DNA from: Rickettsiales bacterium
Lineage (GTDB): Bacteria; Pseudomonadota; Alphaproteobacteria; Rickettsiales; RI-342
DNA length: 61,251 bases
Assembly: GCA_044368015.1 (NCBI GenBank)
Contig: JBIPLF010000006.1
Location: 1 to 61,251, forward strand
Direction of reading: 5' to 3'
The position numbers were made by a program, and so were the translations under genes. Every line of letters begins with the position of its first letter. The first letter of the stretch is position 1. Under the pieces are notes generated by a model, which had not been told where the DNA came from, did no database searches, and worked only from the letters and a program-made list of their open reading frames with translations. Shown in pieces: positions 1-9,093 of this stretch.

Positions 1-324
1 CACTTTATCCAACCAGAGACCAAACAATTCGCAGGATTCTTTGCCTGCTTCATGGTGCTGTTCACCACCACTGGCATCGCCAACGGATCTGTTTTCCGCA
101 TGATTGGTGTGATTTTCCCACCCAAGGAAAAAGCACCTGTTCTGGGTTTCAGCGCGGCCATTGCTGCTTACGGCGCATTCGTACTGCCCAAATGCTTCGG
201 CTGGTCGATTGAAGCAACCGGTGCCGCTGACACCGCCCTATGGGGTTTCATCGGCTACTACGTCACCTGCCTGTTTGTGACCTACATCTGGTATTTCCGC
301 AAAGGAGCCGAGGTAAAATGCTAA
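1..324 (+). CDS. narK: Nitrate/nitrite MFS transporter, C-terminal part (5' end outside window)
   Basis: Frame open from base 1; nitrate signature-like TGIANGSVFRMI and GFSAAIAAYGAF; directly upstream of narG. Confidence 0.9.
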   Translation, partial: HFIQPETKQFAGFFACFMVLFTTTGIANGSVFRMIGVIFPPKEKAPVLGFSAAIAAYGAFVLPKCFGWSIEATGAADTALWGFIGYYVTCLFVTYIWYFRKGAEVKC

Positions 325-345
325 ATTTCATGAAAAAGCGAGAAG

Positions 346-359
346 TTGATCCACATCAA
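346..359. promoter_or_regulatory. FNR/DNR-family binding site upstream of narG
   Basis: Perfect TTGAT-CCAC-ATCAA, 60 bp before the narG start. Confidence 0.9.
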
Positions 360-419
360 TCACGCGAGGCAGTTCGCCACCTAACATCCAGCAGCATAAC
401 ATCCTAGGAAGAGCACAAT

Positions 420-3400
420 ATGAGCTATTTAATCGACAAGCTGACCTTCTTCAAACAAGCGAAAGAGCCATTCGCAAACGGTCACGGTATCACCACCGAT
501 GAGTCGCGCGAGTGGGAGCACACCTACCGTGATCGCTGGCAGCATGACAAAATTGTGCGCTCCACCCATGGCGTGAATTGCACTGGCTCGTGCAGCTGGA
601 AGATTTATGTGAAAAACGGTCTTGTCACATGGGAAACGCAACAAACGGACTATCCGCGCACCCGCCCGGATATGCCGAACCATGAGCCGCGTGGTTGTTC
701 GCGTGGCGCAAGCTATTCCTGGTATCTCTATAGCGCCAACCGCTTGAAATACCCGCTCATTCGCAGCCGCTTGCTGAAAGCCTACCGCGATGCCAAGAAA
801 ATCGCCAAAGACCCTGTAAATGCATGGGCAGCGGTGGTGGGTAACGAGCAAACCCGCAAATCCTATCAGAAAGTGCGCGGTCTGGGCGGCTTTGTTCGCA
901 CCGATTGGGATGAAGTGAATGAAATCATTGCTGCCGCCAACGTCTATACGGCAAAGCAGCACGGACCCGACCGTATCATCGGCTTCTCGCCGATTCCTGC
1001 CATGTCAATGGTGTCCTACGCCGCAGGATCGCGCTACCTGTCGCTGATTGGTGGCGTATGTATGAGCTTTTACGACTGGTATTGCGATCTGCCTCCTTCC
1101 AGCCCGCAAACATGGGGCGAGCAGACAGACGTGCCAGAATCCGCTGACTGGTATAACTCCAATTTCATTATTGCCTGGGGCAGCAATGTGCCGCAAACGC
1201 GCACGCCGGATGCCCACTTCTTCACCGAGGTGCGCTACAAAGGCGCAAAAACCGTGGCCGTTACGCCCGATTATTCCGAAGTCGCCAAACTCTGCGATTT
1301 GTGGATGCACCCCAAACAAGGTACCGACGCCGCACTCGCCATGGCGATGGGGCATGTGATTGCCGCCGAATGGCATGTGAAAGGCAAAAGCGATTATTTC
1401 GATGATTACTGCCGCATGTACACGGACATGCCGTTTCTTGTGCGCTTAATCAAAAATAAGGATGGCTATCTGGTGCCGGAGCGTATGCTGCGCGCCTCCG
1501 ACTTTGAAGGCAATATGGGTACGGACAATAATCCGGACTGGAAGCCAGTGATTATGTGCGGCCATGAAGAGAAAGTGCGTATCCCGAATGGCACGATTGG
1601 TTCGCGCTGGGGACAGAAAGGCAAATGGAATCTGGAGCCGAAAGACGAAGTCACGGGTGAAGAACTCTGGCCATTGCTTTCGCTCATGGAGCACAGCAAG
1701 CGCGAAGTAGTAAGCGCAGCGTTCCCTTATTTCGGCAATCTGGAGCATGAGCATTTTAATTCGACCGATCATGCCAGTATTTTAGAGCGCAATATTCCTG
1801 CGATTAAAATGAAACTCAAAGACGGTGAAGCCATCGTTACCACCTGCTACGATTTGTTCATTGCCAATTATGGCGTGGATCGTGGCCTTGGCGGCGGCAA
1901 TGTTGCCAGCTCGTTTGACGATGATGTGCCTTATACCCCCGCTTGGCAGGAGCATATTACTGGCGTCAAGCGTGAGCATGTGATCAACGTGGCGCGTCAG
2001 TTTGCAGAGAATGCCCATAAAACCCACGGCAAATCGATGGTGATTATCGGTGCGGCGATGAACCACTGGTATCACATGGACATGAACTACCGCGCGATCA
2101 TCAATATGCTGGTGATGTGTGGGTGTATCGGTAAATCGGGCGGTGGCTGGAGCCATTATGTAGGTCAGGAAAAACTCCGCCCACAAACCGGCTGGGCACC
2201 GCTGGCCTTTGCGACCGACTGGAATCGCCCACCGCGTCAGCAGAACTCCACCTCGTTCTTCTATGCCCATACCGACCAATGGCGCTATGAGAAGCTCAAA
2301 ATGGAAGAGATTCTCTCGCCGCTGGAAGATAATACGGATTGGAAAAATGCTTCTTTCATTGACTGCAATGCCAAGTCCGAGCGTATGGGCTGGTTGCCTT
2401 CTGCGCCTCAAATGGAGCGTAACCCGCTAGAGCTGGGTAAAATTATCAAAGATTCGGGTGAGGCCGTGGGGGCTGCGGTTGCGGCTGGGCTGAAATCGGG
2501 CGAACTAAAACTCTCCTGCCATAATCCCGATGCACCGCAAAACTGGCCGCGCAATATGTTTGTCTGGCGCTCGAATATTCTAGGCTCTAGCGGTAAAGGC
2601 CATGAATATTTCCTCAAGCATTTGCTGGGTACGCAGCATGGCGTTCAGGGCAAGGATTTAGGCGAAGAAGGAAGAAGCCTAAGCAAGGAAGTGGTCTGGC
2701 ACGATAAAGCCCCTGAAGGCAAACTCGACCTGCTGGTTACACTCGATTTCCGCATGTCCACGACGTGTATGTACTCGGATATCGTGCTGCCGACCGCGAC
2801 CTGGTATGAAAAGCACGATCTGAATACTTCCGATATGCATCCCTTCATTCACCCGCTTTCTGCGGCAGTTGATCCGGCATGGGAATCACGCACAGACTGG
2901 GATATTTATAAAGGCATTGCCAAGAAATTCTCTGAAGTTTGCGTAGGGCATTTAGGTGTCGAGCAGGATGTGGTCTTAAACCCCATCAAGCACGATACAC
3001 AAAATGAAATTGCCCAAGGTATTGATGTCAAAGACTGGATGCGTGGTGAGTGTGAGCCTATTCCAGGTAAAACCATGCCAAGTGTACATCTGGTAGAGAG
3101 GGACTATCCAAATACCTATAAGAAATTCACCTCGCTTGGGCCAATGCTTGCCAAACTAGGCAATGGCGGCAAAGGCGTCTCGTGGAATACCGAGCATGAG
3201 CTGAAGGCGCTAGCGGATTTGAACTACACTGTTACCGAAGAAGGCATCAGCAAAGGTCAACCGCGTATTGAAACTGCGATTGATGCGGCGGAAACCATCA
3301 TGATGCTGGCACCGGAAACCAACGGTGAAGTGGCGGTGAAAGCGTGGAAAGCGCTCGGTGAGGCCACAGGGCGCGATCATACGCATCTGGCGGATACCCG

Positions 3401-4217
3401 CGAGGATGAGAAAATCCGCTATCGTGATATTCAGGCGCAACCGCGCAAGATTATCTCGTCACCGACATGGAGCGGGATTGAATCTGAGCATGTGAGTTAC
3501 ACGGCAGGCTACACCAACGTGCATGAGCTGATTCCGTGGCGCACACTGACAGGCCGTCAGCAGCTTTATCAGGATCATTCGTGGATGCGGGCATTCGGCG
3601 AGCAGCTTTGCACCTACAAACCGCCGGTAGATTTGAAAACCACGGACGAGGTGAGCAAGCGCTTCGGCAAAGGCCGTAAGGAGGTGGTGCTGAACTTCAT
3701 CACGCCGCACCAGAAATGGGGTATTCACTCGACCTATACAGATAATCTGCTGATGCTAACGCTATCGCGTGGTGGACCAATCATCTGGGTTTCGGAGATC
3801 GATGCGAAAAAAATCGGTGTCATCGATAATGACTGGGTGGAAGCCTACAATGCCAACGGCGCGCTAACCGCACGCGCGGTAGTCAGTCAGCGCGTACCGG
3901 AAGGCATGATGATGATGTACCACGCGCAGGAGAAAATTGTGAATGTACCGGGCAGTGAAATCACCGGAGCACGCGGTGGTATCCACAATTCCGTTACACG
4001 CACCGTACTAAAACCTACGCACATGATTGGTGGCTATGCACAGCTTTCGTATGACTTTAACTATTACGGAACGGTAGGCAGTAACCGCGACGAATTTGTC
4101 GTGCTGCGTAAGATGGATAAGGTGGAATGGATGAACGAAGACAGCTACGGCGACAAGCTCTTCCACGGCGAGATTCCACGCTTAGAGCAAACCGCACTTG
4201 GCAAACAGGGAGCATAA
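420..4217 (+). CDS. narG: Respiratory nitrate reductase alpha subunit
   Basis: 1265 aa; RSTHGVNCTGSCSW...PRGC FS0 motif; Mo-bisPGD family motifs; no Tat signal. Confidence 0.99.
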   Translation: MSYLIDKLTFFKQAKEPFANGHGITTDESREWEHTYRDRWQHDKIVRSTHGVNCTGSCSWKIYVKNGLVTWETQQTDYPRTRPDMPNHEPRGCSRGASYSWYLYSANRLKYPLIRSRLLKAYRDAKKIAKDPVNAWAAVVGNEQTRKSYQKVRGLGGFVRTDWDEVNEIIAAANVYTAKQHGPDRIIGFSPIPAMSMVSYAAGSRYLSLIGGVCMSFYDWYCDLPPSSPQTWGEQTDVPESADWYNSNFIIAWGSNVPQTRTPDAHFFTEVRYKGAKTVAVTPDYSEVAKLCDLWMHPKQGTDAALAMAMGHVIAAEWHVKGKSDYFDDYCRMYTDMPFLVRLIKNKDGYLVPERMLRASDFEGNMGTDNNPDWKPVIMCGHEEKVRIPNGTIGSRWGQKGKWNLEPKDEVTGEELWPLLSLMEHSKREVVSAAFPYFGNLEHEHFNSTDHASILERNIPAIKMKLKDGEAIVTTCYDLFIANYGVDRGLGGGNVASSFDDDVPYTPAWQEHITGVKREHVINVARQFAENAHKTHGKSMVIIGAAMNHWYHMDMNYRAIINMLVMCGCIGKSGGGWSHYVGQEKLRPQTGWAPLAFATDWNRPPRQQNSTSFFYAHTDQWRYEKLKMEEILSPLEDNTDWKNASFIDCNAKSERMGWLPSAPQMERNPLELGKIIKDSGEAVGAAVAAGLKSGELKLSCHNPDAPQNWPRNMFVWRSNILGSSGKGHEYFLKHLLGTQHGVQGKDLGEEGRSLSKEVVWHDKAPEGKLDLLVTLDFRMSTTCMYSDIVLPTATWYEKHDLNTSDMHPFIHPLSAAVDPAWESRTDWDIYKGIAKKFSEVCVGHLGVEQDVVLNPIKHDTQNEIAQGIDVKDWMRGECEPIPGKTMPSVHLVERDYPNTYKKFTSLGPMLAKLGNGGKGVSWNTEHELKALADLNYTVTEEGISKGQPRIETAIDAAETIMMLAPETNGEVAVKAWKALGEATGRDHTHLADTREDEKIRYRDIQAQPRKIISSPTWSGIESEHVSYTAGYTNVHELIPWRTLTGRQQLYQDHSWMRAFGEQLCTYKPPVDLKTTDEVSKRFGKGRKEVVLNFITPHQKWGIHSTYTDNLLMLTLSRGGPIIWVSEIDAKKIGVIDNDWVEAYNANGALTARAVVSQRVPEGMMMMYHAQEKIVNVPGSEITGARGGIHNSVTRTVLKPTHMIGGYAQLSYDFNYYGTVGSNRDEFVVLRKMDKVEWMNEDSYGDKLFHGEIPRLEQTALGKQGA

Positions 4218-4221
4218 GGCA

Positions 4222-5751
4222 ATGAGAGTAAGAGCACAAATCGGTAAAGTCCTCAATCTGGACAAATGCATCGGTTGCCACACCTGTTCGGTCACCTGCA
4301 AAAACGTATGGACGTCGCGTCGTGGCGTGGAATATGCGTGGTTTAACAACGTCGAAACCAAGCCGGGTATTGGTTATCCCAAAGACTGGGAGAACCAAAA
4401 ACGCTGGAATGGCGGCTGGACGCGCAAGAAAAACGGCAAGCTGCAACCCAAGCAAGGCGGTAAATGGCGGAGCTTGGCAAATATCTTCGCCAATCCGAAT
4501 ATGCCGTCTATCGATGATTATTACGAGCCGTTTACCTTCGATTACGAGCATTTGCAGAAATCGCCGGAATCGAAAACCATGCCTTCTGCCCAACCCGTAT
4601 CGGTGATTACTGGCAAGAAAATGGATAAGATTGTGGGTGGGCCGAACTGGGAAGAAATTTTGGGTGGCGAATTCGAGCATCGCAGCAAGGATTACAATTT
4701 CGAGAACGTGCAGAAGGAAATGTACGGTCAGTTCGAGAATACCTTCATGATGTATTTGCCTCGTTTGTGCGAACATTGCCTAAATCCTACCTGCGTTGCT
4801 GCGTGCCCATCAGGTTCGATCTATAAGCGCGAGGAAGATGGCATTGTGCTTATCGATCAGGATAAGTGTCGTGGTTGGCGCATGTGCGTTTCGGCATGCC
4901 CGTATAAAAAAATCTACTTCAACTGGGAGTCTGGCAAGTCAGAGAAATGTACCTTCTGTTATCCGCGTATTGAAGCGGGTGAGCCAACTGTTTGTTCAGA
5001 AACCTGTGTGGGACGCATCCGCTATTTAGGCGTGCTGCTCTATGATGCCGATAAGATTGAGGCAGCCGCAAGCACCGAAGATGAGAAAGATTTGTATCAG
5101 GCACAGCTAAACATGTTCCTTGATCCAAATGATCCAGAAGTGATTGCTGCCGCGAAAGCCGAGGGGATTCCTGATAGCTGGATGGAGGCGGCCAGACGTT
5201 CCCCCGTTTATAAAATGGTAATGGAATGGAAGATTGCATTCCCGCTACACCCTGAATATCGGACGTTACCGATGGTATGGTATATCCCGCCGCTCTCACC
5301 CATTCAGAATGCCGCAGAAAGTGGCGAGATGGGCATGAACGGGGTGATTCCCGATGTAAAAAGCCTTCGCATTCCGGTGATGTATCTGGCAAATCTGCTC
5401 ACGGCTGGTAAAGTTGAGCCGGTAGTGGTTGCGCTCGAGAGGATGCTTGCGATGCGTAGCTTCATGCGCTCCCGCCATGTGGACGGGGTCGTGAACACCG
5501 AAGTGCTCAAGCAAACCAATACGAGCGAAGCCATGGTCGAGGAGATGTATCGCTACATGGCTATTGCAAACTACGAAGATCGCTACGTCATCCCCACTTC
5601 GCACAAGGAATATGCGATGTCGGCATTTGATGTGCGTTCTGGCTGTGGCTTCTCGTTCGGCGATGGCTGTAACAGCGGCGGCAACGATTACAACATGTTC
5701 AGTAAACCAAAACGTAAGAACCTATTCGGAGGCACCCATGCCAGTAGCTAA
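4222..5751 (+). CDS. narH: Respiratory nitrate reductase beta subunit
   Basis: MRVRAQIGKVLNLDKCIGCHTCSVTCKNVW; four Fe-S Cys clusters; ATG at 4222. Confidence 0.99.
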   Translation: MRVRAQIGKVLNLDKCIGCHTCSVTCKNVWTSRRGVEYAWFNNVETKPGIGYPKDWENQKRWNGGWTRKKNGKLQPKQGGKWRSLANIFANPNMPSIDDYYEPFTFDYEHLQKSPESKTMPSAQPVSVITGKKMDKIVGGPNWEEILGGEFEHRSKDYNFENVQKEMYGQFENTFMMYLPRLCEHCLNPTCVAACPSGSIYKREEDGIVLIDQDKCRGWRMCVSACPYKKIYFNWESGKSEKCTFCYPRIEAGEPTVCSETCVGRIRYLGVLLYDADKIEAAASTEDEKDLYQAQLNMFLDPNDPEVIAAAKAEGIPDSWMEAARRSPVYKMVMEWKIAFPLHPEYRTLPMVWYIPPLSPIQNAAESGEMGMNGVIPDVKSLRIPVMYLANLLTAGKVEPVVVALERMLAMRSFMRSRHVDGVVNTEVLKQTNTSEAMVEEMYRYMAIANYEDRYVIPTSHKEYAMSAFDVRSGCGFSFGDGCNSGGNDYNMFSKPKRKNLFGGTHASS

Positions 5752-6448
5752 ATTTCAAACTTTCAAAGCACTTGGCATCTTGCTGTGCTACCCTACGGCA
5801 GAGTGGCAGCAAGGTGTGGTAGAACTCGCCGAGCTTATTAACCGCGAAGCTATCTTAAAGCCGCAGGACAGAGAGGCAATTCGTGCCTTTGCGGCAGATG
5901 CAGCGGAAAGCGACCTGTTTGATTTACAGGAGGCTTACGTGGATGCGTTTGACCGCGTACGCTCCTTGTCTTTGCATTTGTTTGAGCATGTGCACGGCGA
6001 GTCGCGGGATCGCGGTCAGGCAATGGTTGATCTAGCTGGAGTGTATGCCGAACATGGCTACGAATTATCGGCCAGTGAATTGCCAGACTATCTCCCCGTA
6101 TTTCTAGAGTTTCTCTCCATACTTCCGAACCATGAAGCCGTTGAAATGCTGGGTGACCCACTGCATGTGATTGAAGCACTCAGTAAACGTCTGGCCGAGC
6201 GTGGAGCGGCGCAGCACATCATCCTCGATAGCCTGATCCGGTTTATGGGCAAAGAACCTGTAAAAGTAATACCAAGACCGCGAGCAGAGGTGATTGATTT
6301 CGCTGCGATGGATAAGGAATGGGAAGAAAAGCCAATAGAATTCTTAGGTGCCAGCGCACCAGCTGCAACAGGTGGCTGCGGCGGCGGAAGCTGTGGTGGC
6401 GGTGGATGTGGCGGAGGGAAACCACAAGCAATGGAGCAACGGATATGA
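5738..6448 (+). CDS. narJ: Nitrate reductase Mo-cofactor assembly chaperone
   Basis: SLHLFEHVHGESRDRGQAMVDL and ELPDYLP motifs; ATG 5738 after GGAGG; overlaps narH end. Confidence 0.96.
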   Translation: MPVAKFQTFKALGILLCYPTAEWQQGVVELAELINREAILKPQDREAIRAFAADAAESDLFDLQEAYVDAFDRVRSLSLHLFEHVHGESRDRGQAMVDLAGVYAEHGYELSASELPDYLPVFLEFLSILPNHEAVEMLGDPLHVIEALSKRLAERGAAQHIILDSLIRFMGKEPVKVIPRPRAEVIDFAAMDKEWEEKPIEFLGASAPAATGGCGGGSCGGGGCGGGKPQAMEQRI

Positions 6449-7134
6449 GTACTTTCTTTCATGAATTTTTCTTTGGCATGTTGCCCTACATCGTGCTGGT
6501 GGTGATGGTGCTTGGCACAATCATCCGTTATGACCGCGAGCCTTATTCATGGCGCGCTGCCTCAAGCCAGATTCTGGCGGATAAAGGCTTGCGTGTCGGC
6601 AACATCCTGTTTCATATCGGCGTGATTTTCCTGTTTTTCGGGCATCTCGTCGGCCTGCTGACACCGCACAGTATTTACCATCACGTCATCAGTGCAGAGA
6701 ATAAGCAGATGGTGGCGATTGTGATGGGTGGGCTTTTCGGCACGATCTGTTTTATCGGCCTCACCATTTTGTGTGTTCGCAGATTGTTTGTAGCACGGGT
6801 ACGCGTGACCAGTGCACCGGCAGATGTCGCAATTCTGGTCATCCTCTGGGTGCAGTTGGTGCTTGGGCTGACGACGATTCCATACTCACTCGGCCATTCT
6901 GATGGCAGTGTGATGATGGCGCTGTCAGAATGGTGCCAGAGTATCATCACCTTCCAGGGCGCACATCCGGAGTTGATTGAGCCGCTGGCATGGCCTTACA
7001 AGGCGCACCTGATTTTGGGGATGTTCATTTTCTTCCTGTTTCCCTTCACCCGTCTGGTGCATATTTTAAGCGCACCCGTGCGTTATGTCTGGCGCCCTTA
7101 TCAGGTGGTGCGTAGCCGAGCAGCGAGGAGATAG
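6445..7134 (+). CDS. narI: Respiratory nitrate reductase gamma (cytochrome b) subunit
   Basis: Five TM helices; FHIG..GHLVGLLTP and PFTRLVH haem ligands; ATGA overlap with narJ. Confidence 0.97.
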   Translation: MSTFFHEFFFGMLPYIVLVVMVLGTIIRYDREPYSWRAASSQILADKGLRVGNILFHIGVIFLFFGHLVGLLTPHSIYHHVISAENKQMVAIVMGGLFGTICFIGLTILCVRRLFVARVRVTSAPADVAILVILWVQLVLGLTTIPYSLGHSDGSVMMALSEWCQSIITFQGAHPELIEPLAWPYKAHLILGMFIFFLFPFTRLVHILSAPVRYVWRPYQVVRSRAARR

Positions 7135-7136
7135 TC

Positions 7137-7607
7137 ATGCCCGTATTTGTGAATAAAGTAGAAATCACCGACGATGAGGTGTTTGCAGAAATGCAATACC
7201 ATCCTGCCGAGAATGTTGCCGAAGCACAATATCAGGCAGCACTCGCACTCACCATTCGTGAGCTTTTATGTCAGGAAGCGTCACGGCTTGGCATCACACC
7301 TCCGGTGGAGCAGGACGATACGGAGCTCACACGCGAATATCTGGTGAACAGCCTTCTTGAGCAGGAAATCACCGTGCCCACTCCGACGGAAGAAGAATGC
7401 GAGCGTTATTATCAGCGCAATCCGTCCATATTCAGAGATCAGGGCGGCAACGTCGTGCCTTTTGCCGCCGTGCGTGAGTCGATAGCGGAATATCTGCAGG
7501 AAGCCAGCGAACAGCAAGCGATGAAACACTATGTGAAGATACTGGCTGGACAGGCAAGCATTGCGGGTATTACGCTTGAGCGTGCCACCAGTCCTCTGGT
7601 GAATTAA
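7137..7607 (+). CDS. nar-associated NifM/PpiC-like protein, apparently lacking the parvulin domain
   Basis: V.I...EMQYHPA N-terminus and ATSPLV C-terminus typical of the PPIase-like gene after narI; only 156 aa. Confidence 0.75.
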   Translation: MPVFVNKVEITDDEVFAEMQYHPAENVAEAQYQAALALTIRELLCQEASRLGITPPVEQDDTELTREYLVNSLLEQEITVPTPTEEECERYYQRNPSIFRDQGGNVVPFAAVRESIAEYLQEASEQQAMKHYVKILAGQASIAGITLERATSPLVN

Positions 7608-7706
7608 TTTACAAAGCACGTTGCAGGACTTGGTGTTGCCGAGCATCTGATCGCGCAAGTAATCGCGATTGCGGGCAGCACACGCAATGAAGTGCTGAAT
7701 CGCTAA
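7606..7706 (+). pseudogene. C-terminal remnant of a group I truncated haemoglobin (GlbN/trHbN-like), frameshifted
   Basis: Two frames join to NLQSTLQD/LGVAEHLIAQVIAIAGSTRNEVLNR*, resembling the G-H helices of trHb1; no start or 5' part. Confidence 0.7.
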
Positions 7707-7709
7707 CGC

Positions 7710-8957
7710 CTAAAACTTCACCTGCACATACGGCATGATTTTCGTGGTATCGGTTGAGAAGTTATCGGCCTCGTAATGGCCAGCCTGCATACCGATGGTG
7801 TAATGCGACTCAATCGTTTGCTCGAAGAATAGGTTCCACTCATTGCCGTAGTGCGTATCGCCTTTTTCTGCCCTAAAGTCATGGTAGCGCACCATAGCAC
7901 GCGTTCCGTTAAGCCATTTCTGCTCGGAGGCAACGGTGTAATTGACTGCGATGTTCATATCGATGAGGCCATTCGCCGGTGTCGTCAGGAACTTATCCAC
8001 CCAGCCATCAAACGCATGGTTGGTGCCGATGGCAAATTGCATGGCATTGGTGCCATCACCTTCGATTCGCTCATACTGACCTAAGATTTTCCACTGGCCA
8101 AAGGCAATGCCCGGCTCAATCATATAATAGTTAAAGCTCGTATTATTCGGGTTATTAGCGTAGTCTATTTGATGGGCATATTCGAGCGATAACAATCCCG
8201 TGAAGGTTTTGTCTATGGGCTGTTTTCCTTCAAACCGTGCGCCATAGGTGGCGCTCGACAAGGCAGCAGAGTCGGGAATATCCAGCAGGTAACTATACCC
8301 CACCAGCTTCCCGTAAGGTAGACCCGTGTAGGAAGCGTTGATCAGGTGAATATGGCTATCATCCCACACCCCAACAGGTGAGTTTGTACCCTGAACACGA
8401 TTGACCTGATTAGCGTAGGCATAATAGAGCGTCGTATCGGGCAGTGAGGTGTTAGATACTGAGAGCGCATCGAAGGTCTGGTCGTTTTGCCGCCATGCAA
8501 TGCCACCAACGAATCGCTGATTGTCGAGTTGAATCGTTTGCCGCCCCAGAATAGCCTTGGTATCTGGAAGACCTGCATAGGTCAGCATTAGCCGATTGAG
8601 ATTGGTATCTTCTGGATCAACAACGACAGGGTAGCGCGTTTTGCCGTTAATGCTGTCGTTGAAGCGTTCCGTCCCCAAACTCTCCAGATGCTCAAATTCA
8701 ATGAGTGCCGAAAAATCTTTATAGGCACCGGTTTCATAGCCAAGCCGTGTGACCAATGTGTGCGCGTGGGCGTCTTCCGGCAGCCCGTCCTGATCGACAT
8801 ACTCATAACGGTAACGCGAGAGGAACAGAGGTTTTCCGTCCATCAACGCTCTTTCAAACTCGCTTTTTACAGCTGTTGGCTCTGCCGCATAGGCTGGAAA
8901 GCTGGCAACGATGCATAGGGTAAGTGCGCTTGTCAGTAGTAGTCGGCGGTTCGTCAT
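7710..8957 (-). CDS. Outer-membrane beta-barrel porin, alginate-export (AlgE-like) family
   Basis: Signal peptide; RYRYEYVDQ, GRQ.I.LDNQRFVG...WRQN.QTFD and H.F.GW.DKFL motifs; C-terminal Phe. Confidence 0.8.
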   Translation of the reverse strand: MTNRRLLLTSALTLCIVASFPAYAAEPTAVKSEFERALMDGKPLFLSRYRYEYVDQDGLPEDAHAHTLVTRLGYETGAYKDFSALIEFEHLESLGTERFNDSINGKTRYPVVVDPEDTNLNRLMLTYAGLPDTKAILGRQTIQLDNQRFVGGIAWRQNDQTFDALSVSNTSLPDTTLYYAYANQVNRVQGTNSPVGVWDDSHIHLINASYTGLPYGKLVGYSYLLDIPDSAALSSATYGARFEGKQPIDKTFTGLLSLEYAHQIDYANNPNNTSFNYYMIEPGIAFGQWKILGQYERIEGDGTNAMQFAIGTNHAFDGWVDKFLTTPANGLIDMNIAVNYTVASEQKWLNGTRAMVRYHDFRAEKGDTHYGNEWNLFFEQTIESHYTIGMQAGHYEADNFSTDTTKIMPYVQVKF

Positions 8958-9018
8958 AGTGTCCTCATTGAAGTGGTAATCATGCGCGAAAACCTAATGG
9001 GTAAAAGCGTCATACGAA

Positions 9019-9032
9019 TTGATCCGGCTCAA
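9019..9032. promoter_or_regulatory. FNR/DNR/NnrR-type box between divergent porin and nnrS
   Basis: TTGAT-CCGG-CTCAA (1 mismatch). Confidence 0.75.
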
Positions 9033-9093
9033 GTGTTTTTATGTGTTTGAGCCGTAGCATCGCCATCACATCCCAATATGGAAGGCGCTGCAC

